From NCBI RefSeq assembly GCF_006345805.1, contig NW_021833360.1, forward strand, positions 1-26,958: a DNA stretch of 26,958 nucleotides, given 5' to 3'. Positions within the stretch are counted from its first letter, which is position 1; each line of letters starts with the position of its first letter. Positions 1-10,426 of the stretch are shown piece by piece. The position numbers and the translations under genes were made by a program. A model generated the notes under the pieces. The model had not been told where the DNA came from. It saw only the letters and a list, made by a program, of their open reading frames with translations, and made no database searches. This stretch comes from Octopus sinensis. Lineage: Eukaryota.

Positions 1-9
1 TTCCATATA

Positions 10-700
10 CGTTTTTCGTGTAGTATTTCTCATAAATAAATATCTTAACGCTAGAACAACGAAAGTTAAAATACGGGTCGATGGTTAGTACTGTAAGGAC
101 CTATTCAAGAATTCTATGGAGGAAGGTGTTGATAGCTGGGTTCTCTGTGTGTATTTATTTAGGGTCGGTGTGTATATAGGAGCCAATATTCTCAAGTTGT
201 CAATATATCTTTTTGCAGCTTCAAAGGAAATGTAGATGTCGCGTCAGACATTCTGAGCTACAACAGAACAAAATGCATAACGACGAAGTTTTCACCTCAC
301 ATTCCAGCTTGTCAATGGTTATTTTCCATAGAGAGACTCTTACACTATCCGATATTAACATGAGGCTACACAAACTGAACGGTCAATGATTTTAAAGACC
401 GATGCACTCAAAAGGATGCACTCCACTGGGAACGTTCCACCTTCCTAACATACTTCGCGTGAAGGCTCTGACACCATAAAAACGACTTCATCAACGAGAG
501 AGGGACCATTAGTTATCTGGAGTTCGTAAGTACCAAATTGTGTTGTCCTGAGAAATTCCACATGCCCGTCATGTCGGTAGTTTCCATCAATAAGAAACGA
601 AAATTATCCCTATCATGAGAGGTACGCCCTGCTAATAAAAATTCAACTGCTGGCCGCTGATAATGTGGATATACCACACTATATGAAATTAACCCTTGCA
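10..700 (-). mobile_element. Heavily degraded Penelope-like reverse transcriptase remnant (lineage 1)
   Basis: Manual minus-strand translation gives RT-like motifs in the expected order, with stops and frameshifts: METTDMTGMWNFSGQHNL (resembles TxDFxxLYxxIPH, within ORF 513-701), *CKSLSMENN (resembles QCxGIPMGNN, ~318-347), AKRYIDNL (193-216, YIDD-like), IYTPTL...SIEFLN (resembles IYPxEL...FLD) and IYEK near the window start. Confidence 0.5.
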
Positions 701-960
701 AAACAGCTGCATGTAGACATTACTACATATTTCAAAACAAACTTCTTCTCGTTTGCTCATTTCACAAACATCATAGCACCAACTACATGCAGCGGCATTG
801 TGCACTCTTAGTAATTATGTCTCAGATGAAATAATATATTGTCTGTGTGTCTGTCTATCTCTCCCACCCTCTCTCACCCTCTCTATACATATGTATGTGA
901 ACGCCCACTTAGTGGTCGTCCCTCTTATATGTATGTTATATGTATGTATATATACATACA

Positions 961-1617
961 GCCTCAGGAGTGGCCATGGGAACGCGAATGGGCCCCAACT
1001 ATGCGTACCTGTTCGTTGGCTATGTTGAGGCCCAAATATTCTCTAATTTCACTGGTCCCACTCCCGAACTATACGGTCGTTACATTGATGACATTATCGG
1101 TGCCACCTCACTCTCCCGTGAACATCTAGATTCCTTCCTCTCTTTCGTTCAATCCTTCCATCCTGCCCTCCACTTCACCTCCACTATCTCCTACACCTCT
1201 GTCTCCTTCCTCGACATTTCGGTCAGCATTCATCACTCCACTCTTACCACCTCCATTCACTACAAACACACAGACTCACACTCATACCTAAACTTCTCTT
1301 CCTCCCACCCCAAAAACACTAAGCTTTCCATCCCCTATTCCCAATTCCTCCGTCTACGTAGGCTCTGTAGTGACGACCATGACTTTGAGACTCAGTCTCA
1401 ACTCATGGCTCGCCATTTCATCCTACGTGGATATCCCTTCACCACTATCCACACCGCCCTTGCCAGAGCACGTTCCATAGACCGTGCATCTGCTCTCTCC
1501 CCCCGAACCAGCCCCGCAGTCTCCCGCCTCCCTTTTCCCCTCACTTACCATCCCACCACCCTACGTCTCCAACGCACCATTCTTCGAGCTTTCCGGCATC
1601 TCCAGTCTGACCCGTAA
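961..1617 (+). mobile_element. Penelope-like element RT fragment (lineage 2), open frame covering RT motifs 4-7 and thumb, truncated at both ends
   Basis: ORF 940-1617 reads SGVAMGTRMGPNYAYLF...RYIDD...FLDISV...YKHTDSHSYL...HP...SIPYSQFLRLRRLCS...RGYP, the hallmark PLE RT/thumb motifs. Bases 940-960 are microsatellite-derived. Confidence 0.93.
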
Positions 1618-1889
1618 ACTTACTTACTTGGAAAAGGATGCGTGTATATATGTATATATACATGCATATATGGGTACAGAATGTATATACTTATATGATA
1701 AAGAGAACAAGCAGAGCATGTGGTATCACTATAGAGCATGGGATTTATAATTCAAACATAATTTCTGAGTCACCTTGTCACGTGGCCGACCAGGCTATCA
1801 AATGCTGTCAAATGTTGTAGCATATCGCTGGTCACACTGTGTTTTTCATTGTTTTAACTTTCAAATGAGGCCAACCATTCACCACTGAT

Positions 1890-2021
1890 CGAAAGTGGGA
1901 CTGGAGCAACGCGAAATACAATGTTTTGCTCAAGAACACATCGCGCCAGCCAATCAGGGAATCGATCCTACGTTCTGGAGATCGTGAGTGCAACAGCCTG
2001 ACCACTAGGCCATCCGCCTTC
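1890..2021 (-). mobile_element. tRNA-derived SINE, family C (degenerate)
   Basis: Minus strand reads GAAGGCGGATGGCCTAGTGGTCAGG (A-box-like)...GGATCGATTCCC (B-box-like)...GTGTTCTTGAGCAAAACATTGTATTTCGCGTTGCTCCAGTCC. Homologous to 7844-7959. Confidence 0.75.
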
Positions 2022-2289
2022 CCCAACTGCGGAGTAGTTAGAGTAAATAAAAGAATAAGATATAATGCGTAAAGTCTCTTACAGCTGTTTCTAGAATAGC
2101 TGTGCATATCGTACATAGTCAGCGAGCAACGATTTCCTTATAAACCGACTAACGCAGGTAACTATTATATTTTATTAAGGATACCCAGCAGCGCATTGTG
2201 TTCTTGACAGAGAAATTTTATTTGAAGTTGCTTTAGTCCATTCAGATAGCAAAAATGAGTAGTACCTATATTCTAAAGAACCATCTTCT

Positions 2290-2464
2290 TTGTAAGAGCC
2301 TTCCTCTTTGTCACACTTTGTATCACACTGAATCATCTTGAGAACTACGTTTAATAGTGTGTATGTATGTCAGTTGAGTGCTCAGCCATTTGCACATAAA
2401 TTCCTCGAACAGGGTGTTCCGTTGATTGGATCAAGCGGAACCGTCGTCGTCGTGGTAACGGAGC
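2290..2464 (-). mobile_element. Fragment of a further SINE-like interspersed repeat body (family E)
   Basis: Minus strand GCTCCGTTACCACGACGACGACGGTTCCGCTTGATCCAATCAACGGAACA...GGCTGAGCACTC...GTGTGACA resembles a common octopus repeat body recalled from memory. No second copy in the window. Confidence 0.55.
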
Positions 2465-2477
2465 ATCAATTATATAT

Positions 2478-2532
2478 TCATATACACACATACACGCATA
2501 CATACATACATACACACAAACACGCATACACA

Positions 2533-2576
<44 letters not shown>

Positions 2577-2620
2577 GTAGATATGTGTGTATATGTGTGT
2601 GCGTGCGTGAACGTGTGTGT
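2478..2620. repeat. (CA)n/(TA)n/(TG)n compound microsatellite
   Basis: Directly visible dinucleotide runs. Confidence 0.9.
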
Positions 2621-2898
2621 CACACTTTGGGCAAATAGATCGTGAAAAAGCAACTATACTACGGTATTTACAAGGTGATATCTCATGTGGACGTGCTGTG
2701 TCTAAAAACATATATATGAATAGTAGACGAAAGCCGTCAAGCAGCGGCCGATGAGAATGCTGAATTCACATGTGTCTCTCGTTGAGTTTGTTAGTAACAT
2801 GTACTTGCTGCCGATCATATGCTAAGATGAAATCCGTCGCTATCATTATACGGAATCGGTGTCTGAACAATCACAGGTGTTGCTTTTGACCGCACAGA

Positions 2899-2915
2899 TG
2901 ATATATATATATATA

Positions 2916-2963
<48 letters not shown>
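2899..2963. repeat. (TA)n microsatellite
   Basis: Directly visible. Confidence 0.95.
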
Positions 2964-2966
<3 letters not shown>

Positions 2967-3348
2967 AGAAGTATTAGATTGAAAGAAGAATTGACTATTC
3001 TCCTCATTTTAACATACACATCTGTTCTCTCTTCTTGAACTACTTAATACTACCACTACATGATGAAAATTTCGTTCACGCGACAAGAGTCCTTTGAATG
3101 AATAGCACATGGTATGTACGTCTCCACACTTTGCATTTGTAATGACAAAATATGAACTCCTATCGAAATTTAAATACCAAGGACAACAAGCATTTCTACC
3201 ACTTCTACAAACCACTTTCCTTGGATAATGGAACTGCAACTATAACAGTTTACATTCATTTTTAAAATTTTTATTTTCCTTTGTACTTCTTATTTAAAAT
3301 CTCTTCTAAAATAACTTCTTATTTTAAACTGTAATTTCTCTCTATGTA

Positions 3349-3382
<34 letters not shown>

Positions 3383-3480
3383 AGATGCTAAGGTTATGAT
3401 CCGGCATCGAGGGGACAAGCAGCCAGTCCCAGCGGATGGATGCACCTCCTGTCGTGTGGCCTTGTCCACGAAGAGTATAA

Positions 3481-3490
3481 CTATATATAT

Positions 3491-3535
<45 letters not shown>

Positions 3536-3618
3536 CATATACATACATACATGCATATATACATACATAAATGGCTAGCTACCTACCTAGATGGATAAAT
3601 TCAAAGATGCATACGTAC

Positions 3619-3691
<73 letters not shown>

Positions 3692-3750
3692 TATATACAT
3701 ATATATATAATATATATATATATATTATATATATAATATATATATATATA
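3481..3750. repeat. Interrupted (TA)n/(ATAC)n microsatellite
   Basis: Directly visible. Confidence 0.9.
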
Positions 3751-4685
3751 TCGTTGTTGAAAGAAACGCTTCGCAGACTCTTTGAGAGAGAGACTGAGAA
3801 CTGTAATAATCAGAAGGCACTAAATGAGAGGAGTATAGTGAAGGGAGTTAAAACTTTCTAACCGAGCTCTTGAAGAGCATTTTTGTGCAAACTAGCGACG
3901 TGGAAACCAGAGCTGTCGTGGTGAAGAAGCACACCGTGTCACCGATCGGCTTGTATCAGCTGGATTTTGTCTCGACGAGCCGGTACATTTGAGATACTTA
4001 AAGTTGTGTCATGAGTGTGTGACTCTTTCAAGTATTTTGTGGTTGGTTAACCATTTCTAATCACACCAAACGCAAATCATTGTCTTGCGCGGATGCAGCT
4101 TTCGATTGGCACGAGTTGTTACTAGCTTGTTGCCGGGACCATTCCCCACTGCTTCATATTGACGTCGAGATACCATATTTCATCGCCGGTAACGATGAGT
4201 ATTTTGTGTTGACGTGTAGCGTGGTGTCGAGCGAGCAAACTGCCGGTGATATCACTAGTGTTTGTCCCTTTCGTAGAGAGCGAGTGGCACCCATGCACCA
4301 CGTTCTTGGATTTTACTATGGAGTGATGGCGACGGGCGACAGTATCATAGGCGGCGAGCTGGCAGAAACGTTAGCGCGCCATGCGAAATGCTTAGCGGTA
4401 TTTCGTCTGTCGCAACGTTCTGAGTTCAAATTCCGCCGAGGTCGACTTTGCCTTTCATCCTTTCGGGGTCGATAAATTAAGTACCAGTTACGCACTGGGG
4501 TCGATGTAATCGACTTAATACCCATGTCTGTCCTTGTTTGTCCCCTCTATGTTTAGCCCCTTGTGGGTAATAAAGAAATGGGTATCATATGAGCATTCCA
4601 GTTTTTTTGGCCAGTTCTCTAATGGAAATGTATGTGTCTTCGGGAATGAACATGTACAATGAACTTCATTGCTGGAGTAGGGAGA
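3750..4685 (-). mobile_element. Degraded mariner (DD34D) transposase remnant, interrupted by a SINE
   Basis: Minus strand gives IRELAKKLECSY|DTVARR (across the SINE), GAWVP (4286-4299; WVPHEL-like), LIVTGDEIW (4179-4199), LHPRKTMICVW (~4060-4095), HGVLLHHDS (D2 codon 3915-3917), LVPSDY (D3 codon 3809-3811) and VSFNND. There are 103 nt between D2 and D3, i.e. 34 codons plus a 1-nt frameshift. Confidence 0.9.
4350..4581 (+). mobile_element. tRNA-derived SINE, family B, full length with 8-bp TSD
   Basis: GGCGGCGAGCTGGCAGAAACGTTAG head, B-box-like GAGTTCAAATTCC, body homologous to 22871-23636. Flanked by GTATCATA at 4342-4349 and 4582-4589. Confidence 0.93.
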
Positions 4686-5665
4686 TACAGTGAAGTCCAA
4701 TTTCCTTTGCTTCATGCGTGGAAACTATTGCTTTGAAGTTCTTCCAGAAATAACGCCTTCTTTGCACACAGCACAAATGATTCGAGCGATAGTAGCTGCT
4801 TTGCTGTTGATTCTGAACCGTAAAATTTTTCCATTAAATACCCCTTTAATCGAAATATGATAGTGAGGTGAGGTGAACTTTGGCATATTCTACTGAACCT
4901 TTTCCTTCACTCCACTTGTTCGCAAAATATCACCAAAGTAGAATCTTACATAGTATGATAGTGTGTGGGTTCTCCAACTTAGTGGAAATAAAAAACCCTA
5001 TTTTCAACGTCTTCCTTTTAAATGCTTTGCAGTTGAGTTGTTCAGGTAATTGGTACCAGCTACAGTACCGTCAAAACGTGATGGTATAATTAATCCTTTT
5101 GATGATGAACCACACCATACTGTAACTCTCATTAAATTACCATGATTTTCTTCTGGGATGTGTAGGTTTTGTGAATCCAAGGTGTAGTGTTTAAATGAAG
5201 CCTCATCACTCCAAACATCATATGATGGAAGTGTGTATCTTCTACACTCGCAAAACTCCTCTGATCAATCCGGATCAATTCCATTTAGAACATGACTTAT
5301 TCTTGGAATGCAACATTTCAGATTACGGTGCTTAAAAATGCCACGGAGAATTTGCTTTTGAAAATTTTTTTCTGATGATTCACATGCCGCACAGATTTTC
5401 TTGACTTATGGTAATACATTTAAAGAAATTTGTGTTGTATTGTGGGGCTCATCGATGTCTGCATTTTTCCCGAATATCTTATGCGGACATTCTGAAAAGT
5501 TCCGTTTTCTTGTAACTTATCTCTAATTCGAGTGATGGTAAACCACAAAGAACAATCTGTTTAAAAATCTCTCCTAGCCTGTCTTTGCACCACGGCTGCG
5601 TTTTCAAGCTTCTAGCTGTACTTTATTTGTTTTATTTATTAAAACTTAATCTGGCTTCATCAATT
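4686..5665 (-). mobile_element. Degraded Tc1/mariner-superfamily transposase, rosa/DD41D-like
   Basis: Minus strand gives EARLSF (5641-5661), KLENAAVVQRQ...TITRIRDKLQENGT, KCCIPRISH...DPD, VWSDEASF (5197-5216), VTVWCGSSSKGLI...FDGTV (5109-5126), FYFH*VGEPTHY (decayed FQQDGAPPHY), GSVEY and GYL. Candidate single TIR TA|CAGTGAAGTCCAATTT at 4686. Catalytic spacing cannot be counted because of decay. Confidence 0.85.
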
Positions 5666-5814
5666 ATTTCGAATGGGTTAAATCTAAAAATACATAAAAA
5701 TAAGTTATCTCCTGTTAAATGTGTATACAATTGTTAGAACAGCCTATATACATATAAACAAGGTCGCGCGTATGTATACATATGGATGTTGTTTGTTTGT
5801 TTGAGTATGTATGC

Positions 5815-5906
5815 TTTTATATATGCGTCTACATATATATATATATATATATAATATAGATATATATATATATAATATATATATATATAATATATATATA
5901 TATATA
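5815..5906. repeat. (TA)n microsatellite flanking Helitron
   Basis: Directly visible. Confidence 0.9.
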
Positions 5907-6291
5907 CTAGCAGTATCGCCCGGCGTTGCTCAGGTTTGTAAGGGAAAAAACTATAAAGCATTTTTAGAGAGTTATAGCCAAAAAAATAGCAAAAAAATGG
6001 AAAAGAAATTATGGTGTAAATTTTTTTGAGAGTTAAAAAAGGTGGAGTTGCGTCCCCTGGACGGTCTGTGGTTTGGGTTTCTGATTCTCGACCCCATGTC
6101 GAATTTCATCGATTTTTTCCAGAACTGGGGGAACTTTTCAAAATTTTCGCTGCGTTAGTTTTGAATTATGACATTGGGCTATGTGTGTGTCAGTTTCATC
6201 AGAATCGGTGAAAGCCGTGGTCAGAGTGAGGGTACGAGAAAACAGACACACAGAAAACGCACAGACAAACTGCCGTTTATATAGAGAGAGA
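5907..6291 (-). mobile_element. Non-autonomous Helitron, copy 1
   Basis: On the minus strand it starts A|TC (6292|6291) and ends CTAG|T (5910-5907|5906), with a GC-rich subterminal hairpin (AGCA-gtat-CGCC-C-GGCG-t-TGCT, 5909-5930) and no TSD. Its first ~120 bp on the plus strand match 10427 onward. Confidence 0.8.
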
Positions 6292-6324
6292 TATATACGT
6301 ATATCGACAAAGTTACAGGCAAAC

Positions 6325-6442
6325 AGACAGACGGATAGATAGATAGTTAGATAGATAGACAGAGAGATAGATAGATAGATAGACAGATAGATAGATAGAT
6401 ACATACATACATACACACATACATACATACATCATACATACA

Positions 6443-6473
<31 letters not shown>

Positions 6474-6480
6474 GCAAATA
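6325..6480. repeat. (ATAG)n followed by (ATAC)n tetranucleotide array
   Basis: Directly visible. Confidence 0.95.
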
Positions 6481-6635
6481 CATGTATAGATATCCGTCTA
6501 TCTGTGCAACAATTTCTCATATGTATGATTTCGTATGTGTCAGCGTTTTTTATTCGGGTATAACTTAAGAAAGTAAGGCTGTGAGACTGAAAAAATTCTA
6601 AATTCCAACAAGCGGGAAGACATGTGCGCGCTCGC

Positions 6636-6800
6636 ACATACATACATGCATACATACATACATACATACATACATACACACATAACATACATACATACAT
6701 ACATACATGCATATATATATATATTATATATGTATGTATATACATACACACACAAACACACACCCACACATATATATATATATATATATATATTTATGTA

Positions 6801-6833
<33 letters not shown>

Positions 6834-6903
6834 AAATATCTATATATATATATATATTATATATATATACATTATATATGTAAATATATTATATATATAT
6901 TGC

Positions 6904-6944
<41 letters not shown>

Positions 6945-6985
6945 TATATAATATATATAATAAATATTATATATATATATATATC

Positions 6986-7022
<37 letters not shown>

Positions 7023-7062
7023 TATATATATATATATATATTACATATGTATATGTATATAT
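6636..7062. repeat. (ATAC)n/(CA)n/long interrupted (TA)n microsatellite
   Basis: Directly visible. Confidence 0.95.
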
Positions 7063-7418
7063 ACAGTCTAAAAGCGACAGGGGGAATTGTATCTAAGGGC
7101 AGAGTGAAACTGATTCTGTAGAAAAAATATATATATAATTCTTTTTCCAGAGTGAGTTGAGATTCTAATGAAATGCATTAAAATTTGCTGGTGACAATAT
7201 CTGAAATTTGGCACATCTGTGATATGTGATAAAATCTGACTGCATGGTATGCTTCTGATAAAGATTTATACAAGCTACTAACAGATATATGATGGTGTAG
7301 AAAGAGATCAGGATAGTATTTAACGAGGCCAAACAACTGCTTCCGATGAAGTTAAATATATATGTGAGGGTGTGTATATACGAGCACACACTGACAAAAA
7401 ATTTTAAAGATATATATA

Positions 7419-7589
7419 GGCGCAGGAGTGGCTGTGTGGTAAGTAGCTTGCTAACCAACCACATGATTCCGGGTTCAGTCCCACTGCGTGGCATCTTGGG
7501 CAAGTGTCTTCTGCTATAGCCCCGGGCCGATCAATGCCTTGTGAGTGGATTTGGTAGACGGAAACTGAAAGAAGCCTGTCGTATATATG

Positions 7590-7624
<35 letters not shown>

Positions 7625-7800
7625 ATGTGTGTCTGTGTTTGTCCCCCTAGCATTGCCTGACAACCGATGCTGGTGTGTTTACGTCCCCGTTACTTAGCGG
7701 TTCGGCAAAAGAGACCGATAGAATAAGTCCTGGGCTTACAAAGAATAAGTCCCAGTGCTCCAGCATGGCCGCAGTCAAATGACTGAAACAAGTAAAAGAG
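7419..7800 (+). mobile_element. tRNA-derived SINE, family A, with an internal deletion near the 3' end
   Basis: GGCGCAGGAGTGGCTGTGTGGTAAG head, GGGTTCAGTCCC B-box-like, internal (TA)/(TG) tract, tail GCTCCAGCATGGCCGCAGTCAAATGACTGAAACAAGTAAAAGAG. Homologous to 8851-9282, 15507-15917 and 18591-19020. Confidence 0.95.
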
Positions 7801-7843
7801 AAAAATACTCTGTGTGTGTGTGTGTGTGTGGTGTGTGTCTATG

Positions 7844-7959
7844 AAGGACTAGTGGATAGGGCATTGCATTGACGATCGTTAGAGCGTGAGTGAGTTCGAT
7901 TCCCGCACAGAGCGGCGTGTTTGTGTTCATGAATAAAACACTTGATTTCACGTTGTTCT
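7844..7959 (+). mobile_element. tRNA-derived SINE, family C (degenerate)
   Basis: GGACTAGTGGATAGGG...GAGTTCGATTCCCG...GTGTTCATGAATAAAACACTTGATTTCACGTTGTTC. Homologous to 1890-2021. Confidence 0.7.
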
Positions 7960-7960
7960 G

Positions 7961-8050
7961 CGGGTGGAAGCCTGGCACACCCGTTAGGGCATCGGCAGAA
8001 ATGCTTTACAGTATATCTTCAGCTCGCAACATTCTGAGTTCAACTCCAGT
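7961..8050 (+). mobile_element. Highly degenerate family B SINE head
   Basis: CTGGCACACCCGTTAG...GAAATGCTTTACAGTAT...CATTCTGAGTTCAACTCC aligns by eye to 4350-4436. Confidence 0.5.
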
Positions 8051-8159
8051 ATTCATCCCCGTAGCCAAAGTACCACTAAGCTACTTTACGGCGGTAGGGA
8101 CGTTACATGCTCTCCCAGGTTGTATAGAATGTACTGGAGCCGTCTTAGAGCAGGCTACA

Positions 8160-8175
8160 AATATATTATATATAT

Positions 8176-8220
<45 letters not shown>

Positions 8221-8242
8221 TATATATAATATATATATAATA
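8160..8242. repeat. Interrupted (TA)n microsatellite
   Basis: Directly visible. Confidence 0.9.
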
Positions 8243-8419
8243 GAGAGAGAGGAGTAGTTGTATACTGGCAACTTAATATGACAGTCCCATTAACGGAATC
8301 ACACCTCTGCTATTTAGCCCTAGGAAGCATCAACGCTTCCTGTCGGCCTTGACACATTTCCTGTGCACTTGTGTTTACAAGGGGGAGACAAACACCTCCA
8401 CCAAGCTAAGCCTGCATCC

Positions 8420-8476
<57 letters not shown>

Positions 8477-8480
<4 letters not shown>

Positions 8481-8669
8481 TAATCCAAACAAGAAAGCAC
8501 AAAAAACACAACAACGCGAGGACGTGGAACAAATATAATATTATTGGACGCTCAGGAAAGAAGGAAAGAAGGAGGGTTTAACGTTTCGAGGGGAGCTCTT
8601 CGTCGAAAACATAGGAGAAGGAAAGTTCCAGTGAAGGGAAGAGAGAGGGAAAAAAATCGCCAACGGTAC
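8477..8669 (-). mobile_element. Penelope-type terminal (pLTR/3' end) fragment with a degenerate hammerhead-like motif
   Basis: The pyrimidine-rich minus strand contains TCGACGA-AGAGC-TCC-CCTC-GAAACGTT...AGCGTC, the layout of a hammerhead core. PLE terminal repeats are known to carry hammerheads. Confidence 0.6.
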
Positions 8670-8692
8670 ATACGAGGTCACATATATACAGG

Positions 8693-8746
<54 letters not shown>

Positions 8747-8850
8747 TATATATAATATATATATATACGAGGGGTACTTTCGTTAACCGTCTTTTTTTAA
8801 CGTTCCGGGTTTTCTATATGCTGCCTTAACAGCTTTTTCGCGTTTCTTCC

Positions 8851-9055
8851 TTTACTCTTTTACTTTTTTCACTCACTTGACCGCGGCCATGCTGGAGCAC
8901 CGTCTTTAGCCGAACAAATCGACACCAGGACTTATTCTTTGTAAGCCTAATATTTATTCTATTGTTCTCTTTTGTCGAACAACTAGTCTACGGGGACGTA
9001 AACACACCAACATCGGTTGCCAGGCGTTCGTGGAGGGACAAACAGAGACACACAA

Positions 9056-9089
<34 letters not shown>

Positions 9090-9090
9090 G

Positions 9091-9132
<42 letters not shown>

Positions 9133-9282
9133 ACGGGATTGTTACAATTTCCGTCTATCAAATCCATTCACAAAGCTTTGGTCGGCCAGAGGCTATAGTA
9201 GAAACACTTGCCCAAGGTACCACGCAGTGGCACTGAACCCGGAACTATATGGTTTAGAAGCAAGCTTCTTACCACACAGCCA
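8851..9282 (-). mobile_element. tRNA-derived SINE, family A (diverged, near full length)
   Basis: Reverse complement of the family A tail (GCGGCCATGCTGGAGCACC at ~8883) through to the head (CTTACCACACAGCCA at ~9268-9282), with an internal (CA)/(TA) tract. Confidence 0.92.
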
Positions 9283-9659
9283 ATCATTCAAAGTTTTTTT
9301 TATTCGTTATGATATGTGGTTTGTACCTGATAATCATGTTTGAGATATGTTGATCTTTCCGTTAGAGATCGGCACATTGTGTGTGTGTGTGTCAATGATG
9401 AATTTCGGAGGACAAAAATAGAGAGATCAAAAATGAAAATAAATATTAAAAATAAAAGAAATATGGCTATAATTCCGTAACTATGCTATAACGTTTTCGT
9501 TCAGGAGTGTGCATATTTTCCCTTTACTTCCGGGGGATTGGTTGGGCATCAGTTCTCCCAAATACCTTCGTTCGACTGATAGAATAGGATTTCTAAACGG
9601 TCTTTAGCTACACGTTATATTTCTAAATATATGTATACATACACTTACACACAGGCACT

Positions 9660-9774
9660 TACACGCGCATATATGTATGCTTTATATAATACATACATAC
9701 ATGTATATATAAGCATGCATAAATACATACATACGTATATATTTATATATTATATATATATCTATATATATAAT

Positions 9775-9820
<46 letters not shown>
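9660..9820. repeat. (ATAC)/(TA)n microsatellite
   Basis: Directly visible. Confidence 0.85.
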
Positions 9821-9823
<3 letters not shown>

Positions 9824-9825
9824 CC

Positions 9826-9892
9826 TCTTTTGTTTGTTACTGTTATTTGACTGCGGCCATGCTGGAGCACCACCTTTAGTCGAGCAAATCGA
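9826..9892 (-). mobile_element. Family A SINE 3' fragment (5'-truncated)
   Basis: TTTGACTGCGGCCATGCTGGAGCACCACCTTTAGTCGAGCAAATCGA matches ~15543-15589. Confidence 0.85.
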
Positions 9893-9977
9893 GATTGGAT
9901 TATACGTTGGAAGCCATGATTGATTCGCGAAGAGGGAAATTCCAAAGAGATATGTTAATATTTCTAGTTCACTTAGT

Positions 9978-10058
9978 TTTCTTCTTCTTCTTCTTCTTCT
10001 CTTCTTTCTTTATTTTCTTCTTCTTCTCTTCTTATTATTATTATTATTATTATTATTA

Positions 10059-10089
<31 letters not shown>

Positions 10090-10093
10090 TATT
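9978..10093. repeat. (TTC)n-(TTA)n compound triplet microsatellite
   Basis: Directly visible. Confidence 0.95.
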
Positions 10094-10426
10094 CCTCAAT
10101 TTTGTTCTTTATTTAGTAATGAAAAAATGTTATTGTCATATTTTTTGTATATGATGTAAATATCAAAATAGTTTTATATAATCCAGACCTGAAGATTGGC
10201 AATATAGTCGGATTGATACGGTATTGAATTTCGAGTCCTTCGCTTTCAGCAATACCGATAGATATATTGTCATGAAACATGCGTTGTCTAAATAATTTAA
10301 TATATGATTAAGAATAGTAATTCTAGATATTAATTTTGATAAAAGTTAATCATATATATCTCTATCATAGATAATGTCGTTGATTTGCTTGAAGGCGGTT
10401 TTGTCTCTTACACCTATATATATATA

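Noticed and set aside
4080-4475. 131-aa plus-strand ORF as a host gene
   Set aside because: It is the antisense of the mariner remnant running into a SINE.
4600-4625. CCAGTTTTTTTGGCCAGTTCTCTA as a transposon TIR
   Set aside because: It is the antisense of the mariner coding segment RELAKKL, not a terminus.
7419-7500. tRNA gene (also the other SINE heads)
   Set aside because: A/B-box-like motifs are present, but they continue into SINE bodies and do not fold into a full cloverleaf by eye.
8766-8800. TA|CGAGGGG as a mariner TIR
   Set aside because: Too short, with no matching inverted end or transposase sequence nearby.
9524-9535. ACTTCCGG ETS-like promoter motif
   Set aside because: A single short motif with no adjacent start or exon evidence.
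10189-10222. CTGAAGA-TTGGC...GTCGG-ATTGATAC as a hammerhead
   Set aside because: The CUGANGA core is present, but GAAA is absent and stem II is poor.
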